A stretch of DNA of 64,000 nt from Yuukianura sp. NJ FZ-2021 (Eukaryota), in contig CM102289.1 in NCBI GenBank assembly GCA_046563655.1, forward strand, positions 3,906,001 to 3,970,000. The letters run 5' to 3'. Below the pieces are notes generated by a model, which saw only the letters and a program-made list of their open reading frames with translations, searched no databases and had not been told where the DNA came from. This document shows, piece by piece, positions 11,601 to 25,258 of this stretch; within the stretch, counting starts at the first letter, position 1, and each line of letters begins with the position of its first letter. A program made the translations under genes and the position numbers.

Positions 11601-14532
11601 GGGTGACAGTGACGTTGTGTCTTTTGTTGGCACATTTTGCCTTGTGACAGAAAGTGCGTAGAGTGGAGCGTTACCCCGTTGCGGGAGTTATTGATCCGGA
11701 AGGAGGTTTCGGGGCAAAAGGTTTCCCTCCTTTTAGATTTGTTGTGCCTTGAGATCGAGTGTCTCCTCCTTTGACGTGCGTGTGTCACTTGTACAAGTCT
11801 CGATCTGCCTGCCCTTGCCACTGGCTTCCGGAATGGGGTCAGAGGGAAGAATGCGGGAGATTTGAAATCTGGCGCTTGATCTCCTGACACCTCATTGCAC
11901 ACAATGGGATCCAGATGAACAATTAGAGTCCTCATCAAACCACTTACTTGGGAACCAATTAACACTTGAGAGTGTGCCAAAGTTACTGCGTGGTTGCTTT
12001 CTAATTAAGGCGCATGTGTAACAACTTTTGACGCATTTTATTCGCATTTTTTTTAAACGAAAACAATGTAGCTGGTTGTTTGTATTTCCTCGGTTGAAAG
12101 TCCGTTGACCTTAAAAACTTAATTACATGGGCGCTCCTTCCTTGTATGCGGTTTGTTTGTCGAATTTTAAATTTAGGAAACTCTTCCGGGACTTCTTTAT
12201 GCCTTTCAACTAAACTTTTTAACCAGCTAAAAATCGCTTTTAGTAACAGCAAAGCTAGAGGGAATTTCCTATATCAAGAGCACATGCCGGCAAATACTGT
12301 CCATTTGAAAAAAAATCAACCAATCGTACAACATAAAAATTTACAAAAAAAAAACAGAATTTTTGAATCAGTTCTAATGCCTTTTTGCAATTTTTCAACT
12401 CAAGTCAGTCCATTTTGGTTTCAAATTGGTGAAACTTCTCGAGTGGGATTTGTCCATCAAAGAGATTGGTTGCTGTGTGTTTGACAGGATATGAAGTTTC
12501 TAACGTTTGAAAGATTGTAAGTTTGTAAGGCTTGTTTTGTAAGTTTGTAAGATTCAGTGACTTTGTTGAGCCAAAAAACACGCTGTGTAGGATACAATAT
12601 GTTCGAGACGTTAACAGTGGATGTATCGAATGTAAAACAAAAGTTTGACGCTGTCGGCCCCTGACTGGTTTCTTATTATTTCAAATCCCCAACGTCTGTC
12701 TCCACTCGTCAGTTTCCCTAACTGAACTTTGACTTGAGCCGCCGACGCTCTCTGTTTATTTTCCAGTGACAAAACAACTTCGCAAAAGTAATGGAATGGC
12801 TCAAGTTTCACACTTTCCAAATGAGATTTCCCGGCTTTCAAAGAAAAAGCCAAAGGAAATTTACAATTTCCATGAGAGTAATAAGGTGCCAAAGCCGTAA
12901 TGAACAAACTGTTCAACCGTGATTCTGATTATAACTCCAAAGTTTATAAATCAAAGAAATTTTACACTCTTTTGGCACGGAGCCAGAGATTAAAAAATTC
13001 AGACATTTCCACTACCACTACTAAATCTCCGGATTTTTTAATTTCTAAATCTAATATATTTTGTTTTCCTTTCGTGAAACTCCAATTGACTTTCAGTTTT
13101 AATCCAAACTTTTGATTCCAAGGTCCTTTGTGAATTTGGAAGTAAGGACTGACTGAAAATAAGTTCAGAAAAACTGGTGCTTAGTGTGGGAAGCATAAAT
13201 AGGATGTGCTGGAATTCGGAGTGCATCGAGGTCACTTGTGATTTCATTAGTGGGAAAGAGTGGAATTAAGGAAGAATTAGTCATGTTCCGTCCAGACTCA
13301 AATTGAAATGAAAGTGTCCTCTTGCTTTTCCCAATCTCTAACTTTCTCTGCTAATCTGAAATGTCAGCCTAACGGAGCCCACCCGGGAGGCAGATGAGGT
13401 CGTAGGTGTTGAGAGAACCACTTAACCACTTTCTCATTAAGTTTTATGGGACCCACTTTAACAGAGACCCCACGAAATACTCACTTTTCAACTGCTCAAG
13501 CTGTCTCAACTTAATCCGAATTTAAGTGCGCACTAATTTCCTTCTTCTGCAGAAAGTTAGAAAGTAGAAAGTAGTGCGCAAGCTTTTCTAGTAGGATGTG
13601 CTTCACATAATTCAACTTGAGTCGTTTGTCATGGACTGCCAGATTCAAGTTATTCTAGCACTTTTAGTGCACAAAAAAATTAGTGTTTCTATTACATTTT
13701 TTTTTCGAAACTTCTAATTTTTCAGATTTTCTCTGAAGATACTTCTCAAAACAAGCCTGACCCCAGTGACCTCGCTCTTCTATACATCAGAAGGGCGAGA
13801 AAAATTGGAGTTTTGAGTTGAAACAACCAATTTTCCGCTACTCTCTCGTCTAGTCGTCCATCATTTTTCAATCAAAAACTTCCACTCTGTCACTTTTAAA
13901 TTTAATTAAGGTTATGATTTGGAAATAGCGGTCGTTGACCCTGCAGTGTATTTTGGGTGGTTATTTGGTAGATGATGGATGAATTCCATGTGCATTCTGT
14001 TCATCTCTCCATCTGCTCAAGGAGAGATGTTTGGCAGTGGAAGTGGAATTGACGTTTTAATGAGATGCTTCCGCACGAAGAGATGTATGTCTCCCCGTTT
14101 AACGTCTTTAGTTTACACCTGACATTCAATTTATCAACAGTCGAACATTCTCCTGCTATTTCTTGCCCTCACCCAACCACAACCACAATCCAATTCCAGT
14201 CTAACAACAACTCCAGTGAAATCACTTCTCAGTTTTAAAATACACATGGAAAGCAGTTTTTAAAAGATCCCACGGCTTCAAGCAGTGTACTACGCTAATG
14301 GTGTACGTACATTGTTTGGAAAGTTTCTTCCACTTTTGTGTAAAATACTAAAATATAAGAACTTTGTTTTGAAAGCAGTGAGACAGTGAGAGTGTCAGTA
14401 AAAGAAAGACAAAAAAGTGAAAGCTAAGCAGTCTCGTTATACTCAAACGCTTTTTGTTGTAGGTGCAGACTTCTGAAGTGATTGTTGAATAGATGGCGTC
14501 TCCGCGGAAGAATAACGTGACCTAAGCTAGGA

Positions 14533-17500
14533 ATGGATGGAAGTGAGATATTCTTGGATTTGGATCCGGAGGTCAAATTGTTCCTGCGGAACGCAAGCAG
14601 ATTGAATGGAACTTTTGGTTTGGCCGAACCGACCTTTCCAGCCTACGTCAGAACGATCTCCACCGTGTTTTGTACATTAATTCTTGGAATTGGTATCGTG
14701 GGGAATTCTCTCGTTCCGTGGGTCGTGTACAAGAACAAGGACTTGCGCAGTTCAACCAACATTTTCCTGGTCAACCTCAGCCTGGCTGACCTCCTTGTTC
14801 TCATCGTCTGCGTCCCCACAGGACTCGTGGAACTCCATACGGAACCTGAAGTATGGCTTCTCGGTCCAACGATGTGTAAGTACCAAATCGTTTTCATTCA
14901 AACGAACGTTTTCATTCATTCATACAAACTCCCTGGAATTGGGGCCTCCACGAGGTCTAAATTTTAATTTAAAAATGTCATAAATCTGCACAATTGTCCA
15001 GACAATAATTAAAACGCAGTCATACATTCTATCTATGAGAATTTTCGCAAAAAAAAAAATAGAAAAAGAAATTGGTTTTGATTCATTTTCATATTTAGAC
15101 TAAAAGTCAACCAAACCCTTACCGGTTTAATCAACTTTCTCTTCCTGCATGATTTTACTTTGCGCGTTTTGGGAAACTGCATTACCTCTTTTCTTTTTTT
15201 TTCGTTTTTTTTTTTAAATTCAAAAATTTTGAGGAAAAAGTTGTGAAATGTTTCTGTTTGGGCTCAGAGATGAAATTGTGAGAGGGAATGGATTAATTAG
15301 AATATTTCATTAAAGAGAATGTTGCTCATTTGGATTTTTAGTTCCTTTTCCTACCATATCCAGGGAACTATTCTCTCCATAATTCTATGAGAACGAGCGG
15401 CAGGGGACGTCTCATTTTTAGCTTCATTATAATGCGCAGGCATTTCCAAAATTGTAAAGGCGGCAAACAAAAGCAGTTTCAAAATTGAAAGCACAGAGGA
15501 AAAAAGGAGCCGGAGACTGAGAATGTTTATTTTTAGGAGGATCATGATTCACTGCCCTTGTTTCTCCTTTGATGAACATTTGATCTTAGTTTCAACATTA
15601 CTTTTCCACTTCAACAAGATTTGTAGTTTGTTCTATTTATGTTTGAAACATTTGGCAGGAATGAGAGTGACAGAAATTGAATGATTTGCGAGAGAAATGT
15701 ATAAGTAGAGAGATGCCAGTTAAAAGTGATTCCAACAGGTTTACGTTTCACTTTCTAATTCATAAAAAACTCATAATTTTTTTAGCAAATTAAATTGCAG
15801 TTTACAGAATGCAATTGAAGTGACGTGTTGTTTTATTTTTTACAAAAAATTGTGGGAAAAGTTAAACGTAGTTTAAAAACATTTCAAGTTATTTTTTTTT
15901 TTGCTAAAGGATCTGCCGACAGAGAGGTAGGTCAGGCGTAGGAAATGCACTTTACTGTTATTACTGCGTAGCACTTTACTATAATTTTAATCAGGATTGT
16001 CGTCACTCCTTGAAAGCTTCCGCCGTTTCGCTCGGAAATACTGAAAAAAGTGGAGTGGAACGAAGAAGAAAGTTCAGTAGGAAATTGTTGAAATCCTCCG
16101 AGTTACTTTCGCTTTTTTTTTGTAAATCGTTTGAGTCCATTTGTTTTATTTTTGGGAAGATGTTTCCTTTAGCCAAACGAAGAATCTGAAGTCACCCGAC
16201 GACTTTGTTTCGATTAAACGAAAATCCCATTTCCTTTCTGGAGTAATCGCAGAGGTTGATGGTTTTGAATTAGTTTTTATGTGTTCTAGATATGGCCATA
16301 ATTCTTGAAAGATGGGAGTCAGATGGAAAGTTTCACCTCAGGAACATCCTGATTCCTGAGTCATTCTGAATCGAAATTTTTTTTACGAGCACCAACTTTA
16401 TGTCCATTCGCTTTTTAAAAGCTGTTCGGAAGTGAGTTGCTGACAGGATCAATCATCATCAGTCACTCATCTCCATCCAGTTAAAGTTTATGACTAAATC
16501 AATAAGGACTCTTGTTCCTTTTCGAAATACATAGTTTCATCTTTCACCGACAAACAATTTTAGAAATAACATGCAGGACATGCAGCTATGCGTTCCAGAA
16601 GAAATAAAACTTGGCAAGGAAAAGTAAATGACCATGCGATGACTTGAACATAATGTTCAATGCCATTTTAGTGCTTTTTTATTTTTTGTAAGAGCCAATG
16701 AAAATTTTTATTTCAAATTGATCGCAGCAGCAACCCTGCTGGTTTTAATTGCTCAAAACAGTTTAAGTCGTAGGCTGCAGAATTTTCTGAAAGACATACT
16801 ACTTGACCAAAAGCTTCCAAAATTCGGTTGGGTTTGGTCAACCATGAAACGGGTTTTAGTCGAGGTTGCGTTGGCTTAGGTTATGTTTCAGATTCGGTAT
16901 CGCTCCAATTTCCACTTGACTTGTAACGACGCAAAAGTCACGTTTCGCATCGTGGTCTACGAATGTATTGCTCAATGGATTCCATTTCAAATCCAGACTA
17001 TGAAACTATTCCAATCCACTTTACTCCTCATCTCGCATTCGCACCACAAACGAATTCTAAAAAAAAAGCTCAACCAATCAAAACCTTGCATTTTCAATCA
17101 TTCCCACTCAATCTGTTCCATTTACTTGAAATTCGAAAGTTCAGTTGGAGAAAAAATTGCCTGAAACTTGTTTATTTTGTTAAACTTTGGCAAAAACTGT
17201 AAAAATGTTAGCAGCATTGGAGATTTCCTTTTGAAATCCATTTTAGGGAATGCGGTGAGAGGATGAGGTGTGGTATGGGTCTCATAAATGGAGCGACATG
17301 TTGACACCATGACATGACGAGTTCTTTTGAGCAACGTCCTTTTGCAGCAACTCTTGTGGAATACACAAAGATCGTTGGAGAGAGATTGGGTCCATTTCCT
17401 AAATCACTTTGGACGCAAGAGGGAGATTCAAAATTCCTCAGAGTCCCACAACACTTTGTCTCTTTACAAGGAAACAGAGATTGAGGGAGACTTAAAAGGA

Positions 17501-19928
17501 AATAAGGGCTACAAATGGTTACCAACATCTGCACAGACATGTCAACTCTTTCATTTAAGCGTTCACGCTTCTGCGCACCTCAATCCTCATTTGTCACTGC
17601 ACACCAAATCTAAAAACGAACAGTTTCATCTTATCTTGTCCCCGTCAACCGCATTCCCCTTGGTAGTCCACATGTTGTTTACTGCAACTGCAATGTGTCA
17701 CAGCATGACACAACGACAAAACGCTCTAATCTCTTTACCATTTGTTGCACTTTTAGTTTCACAAACAATTTTTCTTACGAAATCTAAACATCACCAAGAT
17801 CGAATTCAGAAAAAAATGGCGCCAGAGAGACACAAAAGTTATGTCGATACGCGTCATAGATAATTTGTTTTTTTTTAAATTCCAAAGTTTTTCTTTAAAA
17901 AAAAACGTCGTGAATTTTAGTTCGAGGTTTCCGGAGAATGGTTTGGCGACGATAACTTGGAATTTGCTGTGATTCGTGAGATATGGGAGCGATTGAATTG
18001 ATGTTTCCGTTTTAAGTGTTTTTCCATGAACACATTTAGTTTGTTGATGAGGCCATTCGGGTGCAACTGGAAGAAACAAAGACACTGGGCAAATGACATC
18101 CGACGCTACAGTCTACTTTCCGCCAAACTTCAAATTCCCTGCGGAGTGTTTGAGAGGGAGGGACAAATGGCTTTGAGTTGTTGTCATTCCATTCTTCCAT
18201 GAAATTAAAGTTTCCTTATTTGTTTCTTTTGCAAAAATAAGTTCAGGAATTTTCAACTTTCCAAATGTAATTCAATGAGATTGCTTTTTAACAGAACTTT
18301 CTAAAGTGGAATAAATTTTACTCAGCATGTAGCTAAAAAAAATTGTAAATTGATGACAGTGTTGTTTTTCATTTGCAGGCAAATTAGTCCCCTTCGCGGA
18401 ACTGTCTGTTGCGCATGCCTCTGTGTTGACAATCCTTGCAATTAGTTTGGAGCGATACATTGCCATTTGCCGGCCGTTGAGTGCCAACTACACTTGCACC
18501 AAACAGAGAGCAGTTGTCTTGTGCATCATCATTTGGATTTTTGGATTTGTTTCAACCAGGTTCTGTCAACACTCGTTTAATCACTCATTTCAAATCAATC
18601 TTTAATGACAGAAATCCTGTTCTAAATTGCTGATTTGTTTAAAATTGCAGTCCAATGTTATTAATTGCAACACACAAGGAGATGCCGTACATTGACAGAT
18701 CAATTCGCCCAGCCTGTCTAATGGAAGCTCGCCACTTTTGGTCAACGTTTTACTTTCTGTCATCTATTGCCATCTTCTTTTTTCTACCACTTTTTCTTCT
18801 CATTGGTCTCTACTGGGTCATCTCGCGCAGCCTCATGTCCGATCCATGCAACATTTCACTCACTACACGCTCTGATGTGAACGGAGAACATCCCAATATG
18901 AGAGCACGGAGACAGGTCTGAACAACTAATAAACCGGTGGTTTACGGGACGTGCATAAAGTAGCGAAAGATATTTTAACTTTTGACTTGAAAGTCATGCG
19001 GGGTCAAATATTTAAGACAAAAGTTGTCCGTCTGTATGAGAAGAATAAGTTTTGTATGCCATTTCCTATGGTAACGGGATCAAACCGGTAGAACCTGAGC
19101 CTTGACCGGACGGGAGTTGATCCAACAAGATAATACTAAATATTGAATATGCCGGAATCAACTTGTGCTGAACGGTCAGAGTTGAATCTTGGAAATCCCG
19201 GTTCCGAGATAATTCCCGCAAACGGACGGACAGCCATACAGACCGACATAAAGTAGCTTTCGCTATTTAATAAAAAGCATGTTACTTATAGGCATTTGTT
19301 AAAGTGTTGACACTGTGTTTTCGTTTAGGTCGTTGTGATGCTGGGCACCGTTGTGTTTTTCTTCTTCATATGTCTCCTTCCCTTCCGTATTTTGTCCGTT
19401 TACATCATATTGGCACCACCCACTACACTGGGAGCGATGGGGGAGGAACTCTACTACAACATCCTGTACTTCTCACGTCTCATGCACTACTGCAACTCCG
19501 CCATTAATCCCATCCTCTATAACGTCATGAGCTCCAAGTTCAGAACTGCGTTTCTCAAAGTCCTTGGCTGTCCCCGTAGATCCACTGCCGACAAATCACG
19601 GTGGCTCAGACGCCACCTCAGCTGCCAATCCACATTCACCACCACGTCCTCCACCCTTGTACATTCCAGTGTCAAGTCCAATGGGTTCCAAAGTGGACGA
19701 ATTCCTCGCCCAACTTACGAGTCAGGCAAAGGTGCAGCATCAGTACGAATTCAACAGTTCCGAGGCGGAACAACTGGCAGGCTGAATGGAACGCAGCTCC
19801 CGGGAAACAGTCAGCCGGATCGTCCGTTGCGACAAACCAAGTCGGACAGGATTTCAGAAGGATCTCGAGCTCCATTCGGCAACGTTCGGAAGAAAGTCTT
19901 AATTGTGCGAGCAAACAGCATCGTGTAG
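14533..19928 (+). CDS. ETHR: Ecdysis-triggering hormone receptor (class A GPCR); exons 14533-14875, 18379-18559, 18651-18915, 19329-19928
   Basis: NKDLRSSTNIFLVNLSLADLLVLIVCVPTGLVEL, CKLVPFAELSVAHASVLTILAISLERY, ARRQVVVMLGTVVFFFFICLLPFR, YYNILYFSRLMHYCNSAINPILYNVMSSKFR are characteristic of arthropod ETH receptors. Confidence 0.88.
18928..19268 (-). mobile_element. DINE-1/HINE-like (Helentron-associated) non-autonomous element in ETHR intron 3
   Basis: Subterminal IR aagtagcgaaag (18958) / ctttcgctattt (19257), terminal hairpin aagtagctttcgctattt, ggac/agac microsatellite remnant, core hairpin acaaaagttgt...agttttgt, and end aataaaccgg shared with the 34097 element. Confidence 0.7.
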
Positions 19929-20996
19929 TTGCATTTTGGTATTTTGAGCTTAAATGTTTGTTTTTACAATTCTGCTGAATCTCAAGTATTTATCACAACA
20001 AACCCCTCATGAAATGTGTAAATTCTAGTCTTCTCGCAATACAGGTAGTAGGAATGGTCGAATAAAGGTCAGAAGTAATAACGTCGAAAGTGAAAAAGTC
20101 GGAGGTAAAATGATCGGGGTATTCAATTTTCCAGATGCAACCATGTTTTCTCCCAACTGTCTAGAAATTCTCTGAAGAGTGAAGAATTTCCTTTATTAGT
20201 GAAGAATAGTGAAGAATCGACTTTAAAAAGCTCAGAAAGTCAAGTTCTGAATTCTCACTCCGAGGGATTCCAGTTGAAGATTGATTTCATTTTTGTTCAA
20301 ATTTTAAGTCAAGCGTTTGGAAAACTTATCTTTCTGTACACAGGGGTTGGAAATTCTATGTTAAAACTCTGGGATTTGGATGATTCATGTTTTCGGCCAA
20401 TAGGCAATTACACTTGAGTTTAAGTTAATGTGAACTTTAGTTAATATTCTAACGGTCAGATTTCTAATTCTAAATATATAATTGTGTTCGGTCGCATTGT
20501 TACTGAAGGTTATTACGGGTAAACATTACTTTGAAAGAAGAAAATGCTTATCAACTTTGCTTTGAAATACGTGAGGTACAACAAATATTTACTTATATTT
20601 AAATGTAAGGACAGGCAGTGCACATGTAGTTTTAACTGAATTTGCGGATATGCTTAGACAAAGTTGTAGGAGACAGAAACAGAAATAGTAGTTTAGTTTT
20701 GAAACAAGAACGGGAGACTAGTGAATTACTTGGTAACTTTTCAATTTTATTTCCGAGTCAAAATTTAGACTTTGTCTCAGACGAGACGATGATTCGGATT
20801 AAAATTACATTTTATTAAAAATGAACTTTATTTTCAAGTTGTTTTAAGATAAAATTATTCTTTATAGCTTATTTGCCGTGTTTTGGATTTATACTTCTTC
20901 TAAACTAGAACTTTGTTGAAAAAAGTTGTAACAAAGCAGGTCTTATAAAAAAAAATGTTTGGTACTGTGCTAAGAAGTCCTAGTGGTTTCTCCAAT

Positions 20997-21764
20997 TTAG
21001 TCAAAGGAGTATTTGGCTTCTTTGTAAATCCAGCATGAAAATATGATACCAATTAGCTGTAAAATCGCAACCGTAATTGCAATCGCTATTACAGAAAATG
21101 CGGCATTCTCGGTCATAAGCTCCTTTTTAATTTGATCAAAACAGCCGAAATCCGTGTACGAGTTGTCCGATGTTGCATTGTACATGCAATTTGGACTTGT
21201 TTGGTTCTTGCAGCAACTCGTTGGTACTTCGTAACGCAAAACTTCAAGATCAGGGATTCCTTTAAAGTCCGTTCCATTGTAGATTCCGCAGCAGTGCAAA
21301 TCGATCATAACACTGTCGATAAAAGTTGTTACGTTTCCGTCACGCTTGTAACGCCCAATCAAATTTTGTTTGAGGAGGACTTTAGTTTCTTCTTCCATTT
21401 GAGGTCCATAAATAAAGAAAACGAGAATCACTGCTACAATTTCCAAAATCAAAATAAGGCCGAGGAGAAAGGCGTAGAATCCTAGGAGAAATCGGGATTC
21501 TTTGATTGCTCCGCAGTATCCAAGGAAACTGAGCAGGAAGATGAAACCACCAAATGCAATTAGAACAAACGAAGCCTGTCGGAGTGCTTCCACAATGTTG
21601 TTTGACGCTTGTTCATCCGTTTCTCCTACTTTCTTCAACATTTCTTTGAAAACTCCATCTGCCTGTGGTTCCAAGGAAAACCAAATCCCAACGGCTAGTA
21701 TGGCTCCACCGATGAGCAGAAAGAGAAAGTTGTAGAAACAGAATAGGAATCGGACGCAGTTCAT
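20997..21764 (-). CDS. Tetraspanin, single-exon CDS
   Basis: Four TM helices, FLGYCGAIKES, CCG motif, PTSCC and GC in the large extracellular loop. Confidence 0.95.
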   Translation of the reverse strand: MNCVRFLFCFYNFLFLLIGGAILAVGIWFSLEPQADGVFKEMLKKVGETDEQASNNIVEALRQASFVLIAFGGFIFLLSFLGYCGAIKESRFLLGFYAFLLGLILILEIVAVILVFFIYGPQMEEETKVLLKQNLIGRYKRDGNVTTFIDSVMIDLHCCGIYNGTDFKGIPDLEVLRYEVPTSCCKNQTSPNCMYNATSDNSYTDFGCFDQIKKELMTENAAFSVIAIAITVAILQLIGIIFSCWIYKEAKYSFD

Positions 21765-23174
21765 TGCGCAGTCGCTGTCGTCCTCAGCTTCAAGGTATCT
21801 ATCAACTCTAAAGCAGAGACAAACTGTATGAATTTAATTAAAATTGTTTCTGTTTTATAAAAGTTTTACTTACGCGGATTTAAATTCCCGTGAAACAAAA
21901 TGTTGATTCAGCGTTCCTCTGCGTAGGTTCGCCACGATAATGAGCAAGTCAGACAGCAGGCTTCAACTTCTATTGCGGTTAGTTTAGGGTTTTGTTTTCC
22001 TGTCAAACGATGAGGTTTAGACGGTGTTTTCAGCTTTTAGGAAAAATTTGTTGTAAACTTCCTATGAATTGATGGCAAAACTTTGAGAGGATTCACGCGT
22101 CATTGCACTTCTTTTGCCATTCTAGGACGAACCGCATGGAAATTCTAGTAACTTTCAGTTTCGATAATTGTGGTGGTGGTTGTGAAACATCCTGGTACAC
22201 TATGAATAGACTTCGCAAGTGACTCACTTCCTAACTTGCAGAAACTTAGACGCGAAGATTATCATTTTGTTCTTTGCAATTCTCTTAACGTGCATGACGA
22301 CACTGGAGTTGGTTCTGAAGAATTTGTAGAGACGATAGGAATGGATGCTGGATAAGTCAAGACAAATGAACAAAGCATATGGGATAATCAATGCAGGACG
22401 CCGTCGCATTAACGAAAAATGGCATGCATGGTTATGGCCCACCGAAAATCCTTGAGTCCTAGAATGACTTCTAATGAGGCACGCCATGCAAGAAGTTCTA
22501 GTTACACCTCTCTCAATTTTTCGTGACAAATACTAATTATTTGTTAATCACACTAAATGGGCAGTCAAGAGCAGTCTTATTTTTTGCAATATTTCATTAC
22601 CGCTGCATGGAATTTTTTTTTTCAAAAATGACCTCCGCGAAAAAAAATAAGTCACAATTCATCTAAAAACAATACAAAACGCCTTCCTGCAATTTCTGGA
22701 ATAAAGATCTAAGGAGATCTAAGGATGACTTGGGCAGAATTTTTATTTCGTTTGGCATTGGGTTCTACTTCTACATCTCTACAAATCAAAGACTCTACAA
22801 ATGCAGCTTTGAACTTAAATGATAACATTTGTGAGCTTTAATTTTGAGGGTTTAGAAAAACTTAAGATTAACACAAATAAATTGAGTAACTATCTAATTC
22901 CAATTTAGTCAATTGTATTAACCGTTGTTTAGAATCGTTTGCTTGATGTAAACATTTGCATGTCTTTGTTTATGTTTTCGTAATAAGCTGCACTCATGGC
23001 TTAAAATAATCCCCTTGTTTGGAAACGATGAGAGACTTTTTTCGCAGTTGGACCAACTTCCTTGTGAAAGATGCCAAATGTTTGTTTTTGCCAAAAGTTC
23101 TATAGCAGAGCGTGCAGTGGTAAACAAGTTCAGAACAAAACAAAGTAGTTGCCAAGTTCCAGTGCTCGAAGGGG

Positions 23175-23181
23175 TATAAAA
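23175..23181 (+). promoter_or_regulatory. TATA box of microprotein gene copy 1 (twin at 25130)
   Basis: gtgctcgaaggggTATAAAAgtaga is identical in both duplicated copies, ~130 bp upstream of the ATG. Confidence 0.7.
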
Positions 23182-23308
23182 GTAGAACACAGACTTGAGT
23201 CTGCTAAATAACCAAGCAAGACCTTCGGCAGATAAGTCATTACAAAATCTGAGCGTCGCTGTTCGATTAAGACACAATAACTGTTTCTCAACAATCGTTT
23301 CTGCAGAA

Positions 23309-23807
23309 ATGGCAAGTTACTTTTCCTTAAATATTGATGAAACATTGCAAAAATTATCACGTAACAAAATTTTTTTATAATTTAGGACAAGCAAAATACG
23401 CCGCCTGCTCCAATTCCAGACCCTGGTAAGCTTGACCCAACTGTACTGAAAAAATTGTTAGGTGTTAATTTTCACGTTGATTAAACAAGTTTTTTTTTAC
23501 TCTCCTTCACGTAAATAGGAAGAACTTCTTTCTTTAATGCTGATGCCAAGCGCATGTCATTTGGAACGCAAGACACAATGTTTGACTACAAGGCTTCTCC
23601 ATCGCTTTCATCGTTTTTGGGAACTCGCGGAATATTCAAACCAGAAGGTACTGCACCCATTTGGTGAAATCGAAAATTTCAAGTTGTATGAAACGTAAGC
23701 AATATGTTTAATATGTTTCAGGAGATCCATTGACATCAATGGCTTCCGCTACGCGGCGGGATAGTTTGAAAACGATGGCCGTCTTCTCGGATTTTAGCAC
23801 TGATTGA
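23309..23807 (+). CDS. Uncharacterised 85-aa microprotein, copy 1; exons 23309-23311, 23386-23425, 23519-23647, 23722-23807
   Basis: Splices to MDKQNTPPAPIPDPGRTSFFNADAKRMSFGTQDTMFDYKASPSLSSFLGTRGIFKPEGDPLTSMASATRRDSLKTMAVFSDFSTD*. First intron is GC-AG; TATA upstream and AATAAA ~110 bp downstream; frame conserved in the paralog. Confidence 0.8.
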
Positions 23808-25258
23808 ACATTCATTTTCAGTTTGTTCTTTTTTTTGTAACCGCTTTGGGTGTATTTAATTTTTATTGTTGGCGTTAGTAATTTATTAGTTAGCATTTCA
23901 AATGGATTAATCGCACAATAAATATTATAGTGACTGAAAATACATTGAAAAATATTTCATCCTTTCTTTAATTTTAATATTGATTTTCTCGATGTGTTGA
24001 GTAAAGCCATTACAGTCTAGTTGAATATACAAGATGTACGAAATATATTATCCAATTCCTCCAGAGTTTTCTGCAATCTAGGTATTAAGTTCGGTTAGTT
24101 TGTGGTACATGTCATTGTTATTTTGAAGGAATTTGCCGTTTTCAATGTTAGTTATGGCATGGCTGAAGTTGCGATGGCACGCTATAGTCAACAGGCAGTC
24201 CTGCTTAAGATTTAAGATAAGTTCTTTAATTCAGCAATTAACCATCGCCAACTCAGCAGCCGAATCTTGGCAAAAAATGGAAAATATTTGTGTTCTTTTT
24301 TTCGCATTCCATTGTTAAATCGAATCTCACCCTCACTTTCGCCATATTTGTCTCTTGTTTGAATTTTAGCGCTGGAAAAAAACTGAATTCTTTTTGTTTT
24401 TGTGTGCGCAGTAAGGTTTAACGACATCCATTGTATCCACATGGCGTCGCCATTCCCCATTTTGGTTTGCTACAATAGGTGGCTGCCTCTAAGTGGCAAC
24501 ATATGTAGCCGCTTCAACATAACCTAACGTAACTTTAAGTGGCAACATAAGTTTTGAGGCGCAGTGAACAATGAATGACGGAGTGGCTATACTGTGCAGC
24601 CACAATGATGATCGATAAACCTTAACCCAACCAGGCTTTGCGAAGAGCGAGTACTAATAAGATAAACTCATGCACGTGAACAACATGTAATAACAAAAAG
24701 TTATACGTTATCGAATAGTGACTCATGCAGTACTAGTGATTATGATTCTGTTATTGACATTCACGTAAAATACTGGTCAGTTTCCAGTATTTCAACTCAA
24801 AAAAGCGAATGCAACTTCATTAGTGATACGCGTGGATCATCAAGGTCTACTGTTTTTAGTTTTAGTATTGTCAGTAAACATAACTTTTGCTCATGTCATG
24901 TCAGTATAACACAGATGAGATGAGTGTCACTGAATAATCTTTCACGTGAGAATTAAGTAAAAATATTGGTTGGTTAAGTATTTCTTCACGTGAGTATTAA
25001 ATGAAAGCTTTTTTTTGCGAAAAGCCACTTAATAAGATGAGTCAGTGCTCTGCAGTTCTAAACATGTTCAGAACAAAACAAATTATAGTTGCAGTGTTCC
25101 AGTGTTCAAAGTTCCAGTGCTCGAAGGGGTATAAAAGTAGAGGCACAGAATTAACTCTGAAAAGCAAATAGTAAGTCATTCTCATTACAAAATCTGAGCG
25201 ACGCCTTTCGATTTCGATTAAGAAGCAGTGCTGTTTCTCAACAATCGTTTCTGCAGAA

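Noticed and set aside
9400..14532. Short ORFs and possible ETHR 5'-UTR exons (donor near 9660, acceptors near 13726 and 14462)
   Set aside because: No protein features; UTR structure cannot be fixed without transcripts.
14876..18378. ORFs within ETHR intron 1 (e.g. 17327-17863)
   Set aside because: No TM5-TM7 similarity or other domain; not an alternative ETHR exon.
24470..24572. Short degenerate inverted/direct repeat with aacctaac between the microprotein copies
   Set aside because: Too decayed to define ends or a TSD.
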